DNA of 64,000 bases from Octopus sinensis (lineage: Eukaryota): NCBI RefSeq assembly GCF_006345805.1, contig NC_043006.1:81654001-81718000 (forward strand). The letters run 5' to 3'. The notes beneath the pieces were generated by a model. That model did not search any database, was not told the DNA's origin, and saw only the letters and a list, made by a program, of their open reading frames with translations. Made by a program: the position numbers and the translations under genes. Shown here piece by piece: positions 1 through 12,130 of the stretch. Positions within the stretch are counted from its first letter, which is position 1; every line of letters starts with the position of its first letter.

Positions 1-1140
1 CATGTGTTTATGTGTGTGTATTCTTTATACAATTGTAGCAAAACTGTAAATTAATTACTTGCTCTATAACAATTGTATTTTACATTTAATGTTGACATTG
101 GGGCTTTTGTACAATGTTGAAACCAAAACAAAAAGCAAAAAAGTGCAAAAGCTATCCTTGTTTCGGCTTCAGTAACTACTATAACACAGCGTATTTTAAG
201 CCTTTATTGAAACATCTATTTTTCCAACTGAGCTACTAAAATACAATGTTTAATTAGAAAAAAGAAAGTGACATGAATATAAACGAATCTGATATTGGTT
301 CTGAAAATCCGCCTAAGCGCAACAGTAACTCAATTAGTTATATGTGCAGAAAACTTTAAATAAAAAAAAGCCTTGCCGTATTTAGTCTAAATTTCACATG
401 TTGAAGATACTTCGTACGTTTAATAGCTTAGATGGATAATAATTACTTGACTGAAAGTAATATATTGCAAAGAGGATGTACAATCTCACTATAACACTGA
501 TGCATACTTTAAACACCCTGAGAGTATGAAAGGATATTAAATAATTTTGGTTTCGTTGCGAATTGAATTTACGACTTTGATTTGCCGAAATTTCCCCTCA
601 GAAATCTACGAAAAGAAAAGAAATCAGGAAAATAGACCCATAAAAGAAATTCCGGAAGTAGCAGCTTTTCCGTTATTTTCCAGACACAAAGCTTTATCAA
701 AAATAAATGGAGAGAGGAAAAACATAATTTTAATATTTCTTAACATTAGAAGTTTTTACTTCCTACACAGATTTCTTTTCCACCATTTCTGTTACTTCAT
801 AAATTGATTATGTGGCTCGGTAGCTGAATAGGAATTTAGTACGAACTTCGGCTAAATTTACATTCTGCTTTCAAAATGCTGTAATACCGGCTATTGTAAT
901 CTAACAGAAGACAGAATCTTTTGTAGTAAGAATCTATTCCATTTCTTTCACATTACTTTACAAAAATGCATTCATTTATTGCACGAAGAGATATTCTCCT
1001 AAAAACAGTTACAAGTTTTATATACGCATATAAAAAAGTGTATACACTATATATCGAAAAAGGTTGTTTGTATTTCTCAAATATTTGTCTATAGATTTAA
1101 AATAAACTAAAAACTCAGATGAATATACGCAATTTTTTGT

Positions 1141-1244
1141 TTAACAAACGCATGCGTATATTTGTGTGCATGTGTGTATCTGTAGGTATGAATCTGTGCA
1201 TGAATCTATTTATGTACGTGTATATATATATGAATGTGTACATG

Positions 1245-1283
<39 letters not shown>

Positions 1284-1311
1284 TATATATATTATATATA
1301 TACACACATAC
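1141..1311. repeat. (TG)/(TA)/(CA) compound microsatellite
   Basis: Direct dinucleotide runs; explains ORFs 1166..1432 and 1234..1428. Confidence 0.95.
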
Positions 1312-1513
1312 AATAAAAAAAATACACATTCAAAGGTACAAGTCGCGTGTTTGGTGTGGCAGGCTGTTTATCGAAAATACGATGAATACTATCTCCAACT
1401 TTGGAGCCACAACTATCAGCCTTGTTAAATAACTGGTTAATCTTCAGATGAATTAACTGAGGGATCCTTTTATTTACGATCGTAGTGATTTTCGACTGAA
1501 ACTTGAATTTAGC

Positions 1514-2470
1514 ATGCAGATAGTTACTACAATCAACATAGCTGGACACAACATCAGCAGCAACACAATCGAAGAAGAGAACGAAAACAACAGCTTAACA
1601 AGTAAACAAATTCTTTCTAGCTGTAGTTATAGAAGAAACTGTAACTACAAAACTTATTTCTCTTGGTATTATGAATTGAATAATGATCTGTTTAACTGCT
1701 ACGAAAAAGCCAAACAAAATCCTGCCGTTGGATATATGAAATTATTGAAATCATATTGGACGATCTGCATCCAGAATTAAATCATTTTACTGCGAAGCAA
1801 CTACGCTAATGAGCAACATTTGTGGAACATAGAAGGTTAGTAACTAACTTTATTAAGAAATCGAAAATTAACCTTCTTGCTAACTCTATAAACAAAAACG
1901 AAAACGTGAATGATATAAGACTACTACGTGGTTTCGCAGCTAGCGACATTCCAACAGATTCTCTAGTGCCTGCCCGCCAAACTACATTACTGGCTCAAGT
2001 AACTGACCACTGTCCCCGTACTACGACTATGGTAAACAGCAGACACAACTGCAACGATTATTGTAGTAGTAGTATAGTCAGGATTATATGCCTATGAAAT
2101 GTGCCCTTACTGAAAATTTCCGAGGAAAAATAACTTTGGCCTTGAAGGTCTCTCTCGAGGTGAAAGTATTCTCTATCAAAGTAAGTAAAAAAACCCACCA
2201 GATACAGTATTAAAAGCTGTTAACGAAATTGGTGATGAGTATTTACAACAGTGTGATGAACCCACATATTGGCAGATTAACGCCTGTCTATATGCTCTGG
2301 CTACTACTGTAAAACAGAACATGAATGATATTCAAAAAGTAAACAAAACCGAAATAACAAAGAAAGTACCATCATGGGTTTTGAAGACCGAGAAAAAGAT
2401 AACTGGTTTACGAAAGACCATCAGGCATGTAATGATGCTTATTGCGTGCAAACAAGCAAATCACGTCCCA
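1514..2470 (+). mobile_element. Degenerate N-terminal ORF fragment of an R4/Dong-like non-LTR retrotransposon
   Basis: Frameshift-corrected translation NDLFNCYEKAKQNPAVGYMKLLKSYW-DDLHPELNHFTAKQLR**ATFVEHRRLV ... YWQINACLYALATTV ... KKVPSWVLKTEKKITGLRKTI resembles R4-clade N-terminal blocks (CY..GY.KR...W...QLR; IN..LYA.A..V; P.W..RLE.KI..LRK); stops and frameshifts; no RT retained. Confidence 0.6.
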
Positions 2471-3198
2471 CCACCAGAAATTAAAGAAGAAGATAGATTT
2501 TCTCGCTTTGGACAATCTTTCAGGTAACAAAAAGAAAAATCATGGAAATGTTTGGTAAAGGTATTCAGGAACGTAAAGATGAAGCACTTAGAAGTATTAA
2601 TGTTTAACTGTTTATGATGAAACATGTAGAAGTATTCATGTTTAACTTTTTATTGGTTGGCTTTAGTTAGGTGACAATGTTTGGGACGTTCAGGAGACTA
2701 TTTATTAGTATGCGATATCTCGGTAGGAATAATCATTTTACTTGTCACTCGCACTGGTACAGATTACACGACTTGCCACTCGAATCTCTTCAGAATTTGC
2801 TCTCAGAGGTACATTCACAGTGTATTTTTTTTTAACATCTAACATTAAAACTAGAATATGTGGAAGAATCTGTGGAAGACATTAAACTTAAGGACACACA
2901 AATCAGCCTTTTAGTCAATAAGAGTAACAACTAATATACTGATATTTTTGTACCATTGATGAGAAAATATTTCATTATAATAATCGAACTTCAGTACTAA
3001 TAATGGTACAGCTACTTAGCAACAGTTTCTTCAATTCCATCCTAAATTAAATATTTTACAGCAAACAATGTCGCAGTACTAGAAACATCTGAAAATTTGA
3101 TATATTCCGTCGTCGTTCGGGATTCGAAACCGCTGCGCCATACGTTGGATACATGATTTCTAACCGCCTCTTGATCAAGTGAATAAAACGTAGTGGGA

Positions 3199-3275
<77 letters not shown>
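3199..3275. repeat. (CA)n-(TA)n-(CA)n microsatellite
   Basis: Direct. Confidence 0.95.
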
Positions 3276-4344
3276 GAGTCCAGGTTCGATATCTGTCTCT
3301 TGTCCCTTTCCGCCAAGGTACACTTAACTACTCGATAAGATGAGTCAATAAAATTTAGTATCAGACAGAATCAATGCTTAATATATAATTGCCTTTCAAA
3401 TTCTGTGAGCAAACACTTTTAATTTTAATAGAAGCGCTTTCAAATATTTTAAGACCCATTCATTGACATATGTATATACACAACTTCACCGAGATATCGA
3501 AACCCATTAGTAAACCGGGAGAAAGAAAGGAAGTGGATGTCCGATGGTTTTGTGTGAGTCCACATATTGCATTAGAACAAACACGTTGGAGATTTATGCA
3601 CAAAGATGTTTACTAAGCTTCTGTTTTGTCTGAATCGGCGCTGTTAACTATTTCTACAAACGATCTTAATAGAAGTCGTAATCGCTAACCAGACAATGTA
3701 CTCGGGCTGGAAGCAGCTGTTGGCTTCACAGAAGATAACAATAATGATGTATATCGACTTTGAGATGATTTATAGAGAGAAAGTAGCATATTATGTCACT
3801 TCATTTCATGTTAGTCTCCTAGCAACTAGAAAAGAAGCAAATAATTAATGAAGAAGTGAATTTTCAGTACGGTTGTTTCCAGCTTTTACCGTTTTATTAC
3901 TCACTGACCATTTAGACCGGCTTCAATGTCATAAATAAGATAAATATAGCACCTTTAGAACTTTGCATGTTGTGTAAGAAAGATAAACCTATTACCTATG
4001 ATTGAGTAGAAACTGCTCTCAGTTTCCCTTAACTCCAGCTGCATTCATCATTCACTGTGTTTATGCGAAGAGAAAAACGTCTTGGTTTTAACCGAAAATA
4101 TATAACATACTACTTCAAGACTATGAATCCATTAACTTCGTACAAAAATAAATGTTTGGTTTGGCTGTAAAATAATTTTAGGTTTATAAGCTCTGGAGAA
4201 TAACATACAAGTTTATCAACTCCAAAATTACGAAATCAATGAAATCTAGTTTCGTTAAACTTCTTTTGTAAAGACTCGTGTTTTTTGTTTTTTATTTTTG
4301 TTTTTTTTTTTTTGTTCTCTTTATTTTGCAAAGAGTAAAAAGTT

Positions 4345-4982
4345 TGATTTTAAATTTTGGTAAAAGGCCAGCAATTTCGGGAGAAGAGATAAGACGATTA
4401 CATCGACCCCCCCAGTGTTCCATCGATACTTATTTTATCGACTCTGAAAAGATAAAAGGCTAAATCGACCCTGGTGGTATTTGGGATCTTTTCAGTTTGA
4501 ACGGCAGTTTTTTCTAGCGGTGTCATATGAAATTGACACCCATAATTATGACCCTGGTATCGATCTATTGCATTTCAATCTGTTTTAGGGTTAGGGTTGG
4601 GGGGAAGGTATCTTTTTTCTTCACAAATGTAAATAAACCCAATCTGTTTCTTAAACGAGGGACATATTCATACGGCACAGAATGTTTTTTTTTACCTCAA
4701 TAGACGTCATTGATTGGTTGAAATTGCAGAAATTGAAGAAAAAAACAACAAATATCTTACAAACTATAGAATTTTCTCAATAAAGCCAAGAGAAAAACAT
4801 GTTTTATAAACACATTCTACCAGTATATGAAGTTTAAAAGTGTTTAGTTACGTGGAAATTATTTTAAAAACTGCCGTTCAAACCGAAAAGATCCGGTATT
4901 TGAAGTCAGAACGCAAAATCGGAAGAAAAGCCGCTAAGCATTTTTCTCCGCAGGGAAAGGATTCTGCTAGGTCGCTGCCTTA
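4345..4982 (-). mobile_element. Meta-domain tRNA-SINE (family A), split by the MITE at 4484-4894
   Basis: Reverse complement shows head AGGCAGCGACCTAGCAGAATC..AAATGCTTAGCGG and body GTCGATTTAGCCTTTTATCTTTTCAGAGTCGATAAAATAAGTATC; continuity is restored if the MITE and one TSD are removed. Confidence 0.8.
4484..4894 (+). mobile_element. TIR MITE with internal TTAGGG tract, copy 1 (411 bp)
   Basis: TIRs GGATCTTTTC(A/G)GTTTGAACGGCAGTTTTT / AAAAACTGCCGTTCAAACCGAAAAGATCC; 8-bp TSD GGTATTTG at 4476-4483 and 4895-4902. Confidence 0.95.
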
Positions 4983-5559
4983 CAAAGTGTGAAAACTTTA
5001 ATGAGTGGAGGCTATAATTTTCGCAGATATCATTTCGTTATAAGCATGCGTGAAAAAGTAAATTTCATAATATGCTACAAAATGTTAATCAATAAGAGTA
5101 ACCGCAATTTGAACATAAGTATCTAGAATGGATGCAAAATAATTAGGAAATATACTCTCTACCCACACCTACATATTTCTCTCTTTAATCGCAAAATTTG
5201 GCCGTGTAAAACTGATTACCCGTATGAAAGTTGAATGAAGAAACTGCGCAGAAATCACAACCTGTCAGTGATCGTAGCGGCATGTTTTCTATTATTTTTC
5301 TATTTATTTTAGGGTAAGACTACATTTACACATCTACACGCAAGCACACATACACACACAAGGGCATGCGAGCGCTGTTCATACTTTTTTTCCTGAACGC
5401 TTTACTGAAGAAGAACAACACTATATAAGAAATTATTTTATTACGCCAAAATTATGAACGCTTGTAGTTTATCCAAAGAGCATCTTGTGCTTATGTAACT
5501 GAGATTTGCTCTTGATCGTTCCAGTTTCCTTTTTCTATTTTTGTATTACAGAGTAATAT

Positions 5560-5965
5560 AGGCGTAGGAGTGGCTTTGTGGTAAGTAGCTTGCTAACGAA
5601 CCACATAGTTCCGGGTTCAGTCCCACTGCATGGTACCGTGGGCAAGTGTCTTCTACTATAGCCTCGGGCAGATCACAGCCTAGTGGGTGGATTTGGTAGA
5701 TGGAAACTGAAAGAAGCCCATCGTATATATGTATGTGTATGTATGTTTGTGTATCTGTGTTTGCCCCCCCCCCCAACATCGCTTGACAGCCGATGGTGGT
5801 GTGTTTACGTCCTCGTAACTTAGCGGTTCGGCAAAATAGACCGATAGAATAAGTACTAGGCTTACAAAGAATAAGTCCCCGGGTCGATTTGGTCGACTAA
5901 AGGCGGTGCTCCAGCATGACTACAGTCAAATGACTGAAACAAGTAAAAGAGTAAAAAGGGAGTAA
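5560..5965 (+). mobile_element. CORE-type tRNA-SINE (family B), full length
   Basis: A box TGGCTTTGTGG, B box GGTTCAGTCCC, CORE-like GTGGGCAAGTGTCTTC, internal TA/TG microsatellite, (GTAAAAGA)n tail. Confidence 0.9.
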
Positions 5966-5967
5966 AC

Positions 5968-6095
5968 ATGGTCCTTACGCTGGCAGTGTGCATCATGGAA
6001 GAACAGAAATCAGTGATGCGGTTTCTATGGTCTATAGATGTATCAGGGGCTGAAATTCATCGCACACTTTCAGTACAATACGGGACAGAACTCTG
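5968..6095 (+). mobile_element. mariner transposase N-terminal HTH fragment
   Basis: EEQKSVMRFLWSIDVSGAEIHRTLSVQYG matches the mariner EQRSVIRFL..EG...AEIHRRL..QYG pattern; truncated. Confidence 0.75.
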
Positions 6096-6350
6096 TCATG
6101 AGATTTTGGAAAGCTTCTCTGTAAATCTTTATTTAAATAGAAAGACTGGCTGAAGTGAGAACAGCGCTTGCTTCAGCTTAGCTCAGAGATTTGATACAAA
6201 TTTTGTTGTTGTTGTTGTTGCTGCTGCTTAGCTGTGATCATAAAAGCTAAATCCCAAGTGGTAAAAAAAATTGTTTGTTTTGTAAGCTGGTCTGGATAAC
6301 GCTAGTTTGTTCAGTAAAAGGTATTTCTCGTATTTATGACGGAAAAAAGT

Positions 6351-6473
6351 GAAAGAAAGAAAGAAAGAAAAGAAGGAGGGAAGGAAAGGAGGGAGAGAGG
6401 GAGGAAGGAAGGGAGGGAGAGAGGGAGGAAGGAAGGGAGGGAGAGAGGGAGGAAAGAAGGAAGGAAAAGGGAA
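6351..6473. repeat. Polypurine (GAAA)n/(GGAA)n/(GAGG)n tract
   Basis: Direct. Confidence 0.9.
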
Positions 6474-6785
6474 GCGATAGAGACTACTTACTGATCTAGA
6501 CTATCTCAGGTTGGTATTATTGTAAAGGAAAACATTCAAACACATTTTAAACATTCTTCTACGCCTCCACGTCTGTTGGTGATGGCACTAGTGGACGATA
6601 ATATAAACATCTATTCCTGTTTGTAAACTTCCCTTCCTTGTATACATTTTTATTGCTCTATCTGCCTATGATATGAATATACCCTTTTTGCTGGCAATTT
6701 CTACGTGTATAGTGCTACGGCCTTCACCATGTCTTGGCTGATAATAATAGCTGGACTTTTGTTGTTGCTGGTGCTGTTGCTGTTG

Positions 6786-7154
6786 CTCTTGAGCGAACGG
6801 TCTTCGTCCCAGAGCTCGCAAGATGGGGGAAGTCCGAAACGTGGTCCTTTGCTATTCGTAAGACCCGCAGAAGAGAAAGCAGGTCAACCCCCGACACAGA
6901 GAACATCGACGGATGGATGAATGCGCATCCAGTCTTAGTGGTTGCGTAGGAAGTCGGGGACAAGAAACAAGAAGAAAGAGTGAGATAAAGTTGGGGTGAA
7001 AGAGTACAACAGTGGTCGCCACCACCCCCTGATGGAGCCTCCTGGACCTTTAGGTGTTTTCGCTCAATAAACACACAACGCCCGGTCTGGGAATTGAAAC
7101 CGCGATCCTCCGACCGCGAGTCTGCTGCCCTAACCACTGGGCCATTGCGCCTCC
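6786..7154 (-). mobile_element. tRNA(Arg-like)-derived SINE (family C)
   Basis: Reverse complement GGAGGCGCAATGGCCCAGTGGTTAGGGCAGCAGACTCGCGGTCGGAGGATCGCGGTTTCAATTCCC (A and B boxes, TCG anticodon-like loop); head and body shared with 54119-54422. Confidence 0.85.
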
Positions 7155-8758
7155 TGGTGGTGCTGTTCTTATTGTTGTCGATGGTGGTGGTTATGACATA
7201 ATTGATATTGTTTTTGTTGATATTGTCATTGTGCACTAGTACTTTCTTTATCGACCCCGAAAACGTGAAAGGTGAAGTTGACCACAGAAGCATTTGAAGT
7301 CGGAGCACAGAAAGCCGGACCAAATACCGCAACGCATTTTGTTCGACGCTCCAAAGACTCTGATAATCGATGAACTGCTCACTAATGCTAGATTTTTTAT
7401 TACTGTTACAAGCTAGTAGCGGTTATACTCGATTCAGACCCTAAGGCAAATAAAATTTAATGGACAGCCAACTGTTACAATACTGCCACAGATGCAAAAC
7501 TATAGGAGAAATTATTTTATTAAGCCAAAATTAGGAATACTCGTGGTTTATCCAAGAACATCCGCGGTTTAAGTAACATGAAATAATTTAAGCCGGGAAT
7601 CGAAACCGTTCAGCTGATTCACTTGAACTAACTAATAAAAATCCACATATGAACAACGCTTTCTTATCATGTTTCATATAATATTTACTGTAATCGCATT
7701 TTAATGACACCAGCCGACCACATCTTTGAAATAATTTTCCCACACATCCTGAAGACAGTATTTGAATTTCATTGAGTTATTATGAAAATATAAAACACCT
7801 TAAGGAATCCTTTTAGCATGTGTTTTCCCCGATCCTTTATATCCATAACAAATGGGTTACAAATATTTTGACACTCACAACAACACGGCATTAAATCAAG
7901 TACTGCTATTCATTTTTATAGTCTATAAAAACATATATGATATTAATAGTGAATTTTATTCACTTTCCTCCGAGTTATCTGAGACAAACAAACGATTCTT
8001 TTAATGTTAGAATATTTATGAGCTACACACTAAGGCTGTTGAATATTTATAGCTGTCTCACAGGCAAAGCTGTCCATCTTATACAAATTATACTGCTGCT
8101 TTAGTTCATGATGTCTCATCTCCGGCTTAATTGCAAACCGCTGCTGAGCTCCACAACCTGTTTGATCTTGGGCGAACCAATTGAAGATGCCATTATAATG
8201 TAGAGCATCAAGGGACAGCTGCTTTGGTGTTGACCATTTCTCTTCTTGTCACCAAACTTTGAAACCAGTGTTTGGAATCAGTTCAGTTCAGCTGCGAAAG
8301 TCGTATTGACATTATACTGCACCGTTTCCTACTTTTGTAGCTGTCGCTGAGTTATGTAATCCTGTATTAGCCTGTCTAAAAAGCCAGGAAATAGTTGTTA
8401 CTGCTGCTGTTGTTTTCTTTTTTTTTTATTGTCGTTGTTGCTATTTAACCTCAGGTCAGACCTGGGTGAACTCATCTCCGGTCAAATAAAATTTTTTTCA
8501 AAACGTAACTATCTCGAAATTTTATACATCGGAGACGAATTTATCCATTATGTTTCTTTATTTAAGGCGGTAGGATATAATATCGAGGGATTTAGGCATG
8601 GGATTGGCACGGTCGTCAGAGCATCATATCGAATACTTCGTAGTACCTTTTCCCGACATTCGGTTCTCTTGGTTCAAATTTCATCGCTTTTATTCTTTTG
8701 GAGTAAAAATCCGAAGTGTGCGGATCATCGAAAATGTAAAGAAGTAAAACAAAATACC

Positions 8759-8991
8759 TATTTATTTACTACCCACAAGGGGCTAAACATAGAGGGGACA
8801 AACAAGGATAGACAAACGGATTAAGTCGATTACATCGACCCAAGCGCGTAACTAGTACTTAATTTATCGACCCCGAAAGGATGAAAGGCAAAGTTGACCT
8901 CGGCGGAATTTGAACTCAGAACGTAGAGACAGACGAAATACCAATAAGCATTTCGCCCGGCGTGCTAATGTTTCTGCCAGCTCGCCGCCTT
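8759..8991 (-). mobile_element. Meta-domain SINE (family A), full length, with approximate 14-bp TSD
   Basis: Near-consensus head and Meta domain GTCAACTTTGCCTTTCATCCTTTCGGGGTCGATAAATTAAGTAC; flanks GGTAT(C/T)TTGTTTTA on the minus strand. Confidence 0.9.
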
Positions 8992-9084
8992 AAAACAAGA
9001 TACCGTGCAGCTTTTTGTTCTGGTTCTTGTATTCTTAGTTCAAGTTACACCAAGACTTACATGGTTGGTAGACTTAATCCGTCA

Positions 9085-10020
9085 CCCAACCGAAATCAAC
9101 TTTGTTTTCCTTCCTTTCGAGGTCGATAAAATAAAGTATCCGTCAATTACTTGGATTGACCGTATCGATTAACCTCTCCTCCAAACTTCATCCTTGTTTC
9201 TATATTTGAAACAATAATTCAAGGTGACCAGATGACCGAATCGCTGAGCATCGGGAAAATGCTTTGTATTTCTTCCAACTCTTCAAATTCTGCTGGTGTC
9301 AGTTTTGCTTTCGTTCTCTACCGGGAGCGATAGAATAATCACCCCTTGTAATTCGTTGGCTTTGTTCCTAAATCACGAACCATTATTACTTTTATCATTA
9401 AAGGCAGCGATCTGGGAGAAACGTTAGCACGCCGGGCGAAATGCGTAGCCATATTTCATCTGCCGTTAAGTTCTGAGTTCAAATTCCGCCGAGGTCGACT
9501 TTGCCTTTCATCCTTTCGGGATCTATTAAATAAGTACCGGTTACGCACTGGGGTCGATATAGTCGACTTAATCCGTTTGTCCCCTCTGTTTTTAGCCCCT
9601 TGTGGCCAGTAAAGAACTAAGAATCGATAGCATATTGGGCAAAATGTTTAACGGCATTTTGTCTGTCTTACCGTTGAGTTCAAATTCCGTCGAAGTTGAC
9701 TTTGCTTTTCATCCTTTCGGGGTCGATAAAATAAGTACCAATTGAACGCTGGGGTCCATGTAATCGACTAGCCCCCTCCCTCAAATTCCAGGTCTTGTGC
9801 CTATAGCAGAAAGGATTATTACTTTTATTATCATCATCAGAAAGATGGTGGGGTGATGGCAGAAAAATCATGGTATTCTGTCACAGTACATTCTGAGTTC
9901 AAATCTTTCTGGGATTACATTAGCCTGAAATATCTCGCGGGTCAATGAAATAAGGCACCAGTTTAGAACTGAGGTAGATATAGTCGGTCAACCTTCTTCC
10001 TCCAAATCTCAGTCCTTACT
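9085..10020 (+). mobile_element. Cluster of family A SINE copies of different ages (best copy 9401-9620)
   Basis: Repeated TTCAAATTCCGCCGAGGTCGACTTTGCCTTTCATCCTTTCGGG motifs. Confidence 0.85.
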
Positions 10021-11099
10021 GAGCACACTTTTAATCGAAGGTGTTCCAGTCTTGATACTCGCGTATTTTTGTATATCTAGAAATATTTTAATTATTCTTT
10101 CATTGATTTACGACGGTGAGGTGTCATCTGATGGGAATTGGTGTAGCCATTGCCTCCAAGTGAAAGTTTTCAATGGAGAACCAGAGTTCTTTCAGATCCC
10201 CGATGCAAAATTTGAATATTCAAAATTCGAATAGGCGGTGTTTTTATCTATTTATTCACTTATCTATTTTATCACGAGTATTTTCTCCTTGCTTTATGAT
10301 GGTAGCGATGGGTGCTGCTAAGGTGTCTGAGTGAAATTGTACAAGGTTAAGCATGACTGTTCTCGGGTCACTAATGCAAAGTCAAAGAAGCTGTGGATCA
10401 TATGTGTGTGTGTGTGTATAAGAACATATATATATATATATATATGCTCGGGTGGTGGGAAGATTATCCAGAATTACCTTCCATTGCTCTATGGCGGTGA
10501 GGGTATCCTTTGAATGGGATTGGTGTTGTATGGTTGTCCAAATGAAATTTTACAAGGCAGAACAGGATTAATTTCGTTTAAGGAGAATTTGGAGAATTTG
10601 CCTTTAAATTTCAAAAGACCTCAGGACGTTTTTTTTTGTTTGTTTGTTTTTTTTTTTTGTACGCAGGGGTGGGAAGAAATCTCATCAAATGATCTCAGGA
10701 TTGTCATGGGTGCTCTGTCCTGTCCATTTTGAACCGTTACACTGACTGTACGCTGCTTAAGACGGCTATTTTTAGCAGGCACAGTAACCGTGTAAAGGTT
10801 GCTATTTTTTGATTCGTAAGAGAAAAGGTAATGTTTAATACAAAACTTCATCATGACAGCCGTTGATCACCTTTAATATTAGCTTCCAAAAGATTGAATA
10901 ATTTCATAAGATGAAGTAGCTCATATCCAGAACAGATCCCATTGTTAATTACTGACACGAGTGAAAGGATTGCGCTAGCAAGTCATTTCACTTCACATTT
11001 CTCATTCAACCTCACCATTGTTCTATACCGTAACGTATTTCTAGTCTTTGACACTTTGCTAATGAGATATTTCTTCATTGCTTCCATGCAGACTGATGA

Positions 11100-11346
11100 C
11101 ACCTCTTCTCTTTCTTTCTTTTTTTCTTTCTTTCTGTCGCTCTCTCTCTCCTTTACTTTCTCTCTCTCTCTCTTTCTCTTTATATATACATGCATAAATA
11201 CATACATATATATAAATGCATGTGCATTATATAAATATCATATCCATACACGCACATACACACGTGTATGCGATATATGCCTATGAGTGTTCATATTATA
11301 TGTACTACGTGTGTGTGTATCTATATGCATAGCTCTCTCTCTCTCT

Positions 11347-11411
<65 letters not shown>

Positions 11412-11560
11412 TAGCGTATGTATGTATGGTCATGTGTGTATATATGTATGTGTGCGTGCATATGTATGTGTGTATGTATATATATATATAGGTATGCATT
11501 ATGTATGTGTGTATGTATATATATATATATAGGTATGCATATTTGTATGTATGTATATTG
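11100..11560. repeat. (CT)n/(TA)n/(TG)n microsatellite block
   Basis: Direct. Confidence 0.9.
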
Positions 11561-11624
11561 AAGATTTCTTGTATGGATGACTGTAAAATTATATCGTTAT
11601 AGTTCCTTATATCGTATTTAAAAA

Positions 11625-12130
11625 CGTGGCCGAGTCAGCAGAGAGCCAAATACAATGTCTAACAATATTTAGCAACATTTCCTTTTACATTTGATCTCAA
11701 ATTGGCGTATTAGCAGAAACGTAAGAGCGTCGGAGAGAGGTGCTTTCCAATATTTGCTCAGTCCTTTTACTTTTCAGTGTTCAAATCAAGCTGAGATCCA
11801 TCTTGACTCTCAGTCTTCTAGGATCCATTAAAATTTCTGTATCGATTTAATCAACTAACTCCCTGCCTCCAATTCTAGTCTTGTGCCTATGTTAGAATAC
11901 ACATTTTATATATGACTTCAAGACGACACAACGCGGTATATAATGTTCCGCGGTGTTTGACGCAATTCTCTGTGCGCTGAGTTCAACTCATATCAAATTT
12001 TAGCCTCTCGTTCTCTTTAGGTTGGATAGAAATAGTACCAATCCTTGGTGATGTATTAACGGAACTGTAAGAATTCGGACCGAATGGTTTGCAGTATTAT
12101 TTGTTCTGTTTCTTTTATATTCTGTGCTTA
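11625..12130 (+). mobile_element. Highly decayed family A SINE remnants
   Basis: Weak matches (GCAGAAACGTAAGAGCGTCGG, GTTCAAATC, CTTGTGCCTATGTTAGAA). Confidence 0.5.

Noticed and set aside
2948-3010. GTACCAT-TGATGA...GAAC..GTA..ATGGTAC hammerhead-like arrangement
   Set aside because: GAAA is incomplete, stem II is poor and stem I is offset.
7085-7154. tRNA-Arg-like sequence (also 54350-54420, 52460-52532, 3115-3170, 52640-52700)
   Set aside because: SINE heads: no complete acceptor stem, and where a body is recognisable they continue into it.
6724-7332. Longest ORF (202 aa, minus)
   Set aside because: Runs through two SINEs and simple repeats; no protein motif.
10100-10860. Possible decayed LINE ORF1 on the minus strand
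   Set aside because: Coding-like composition but no motif I can name.
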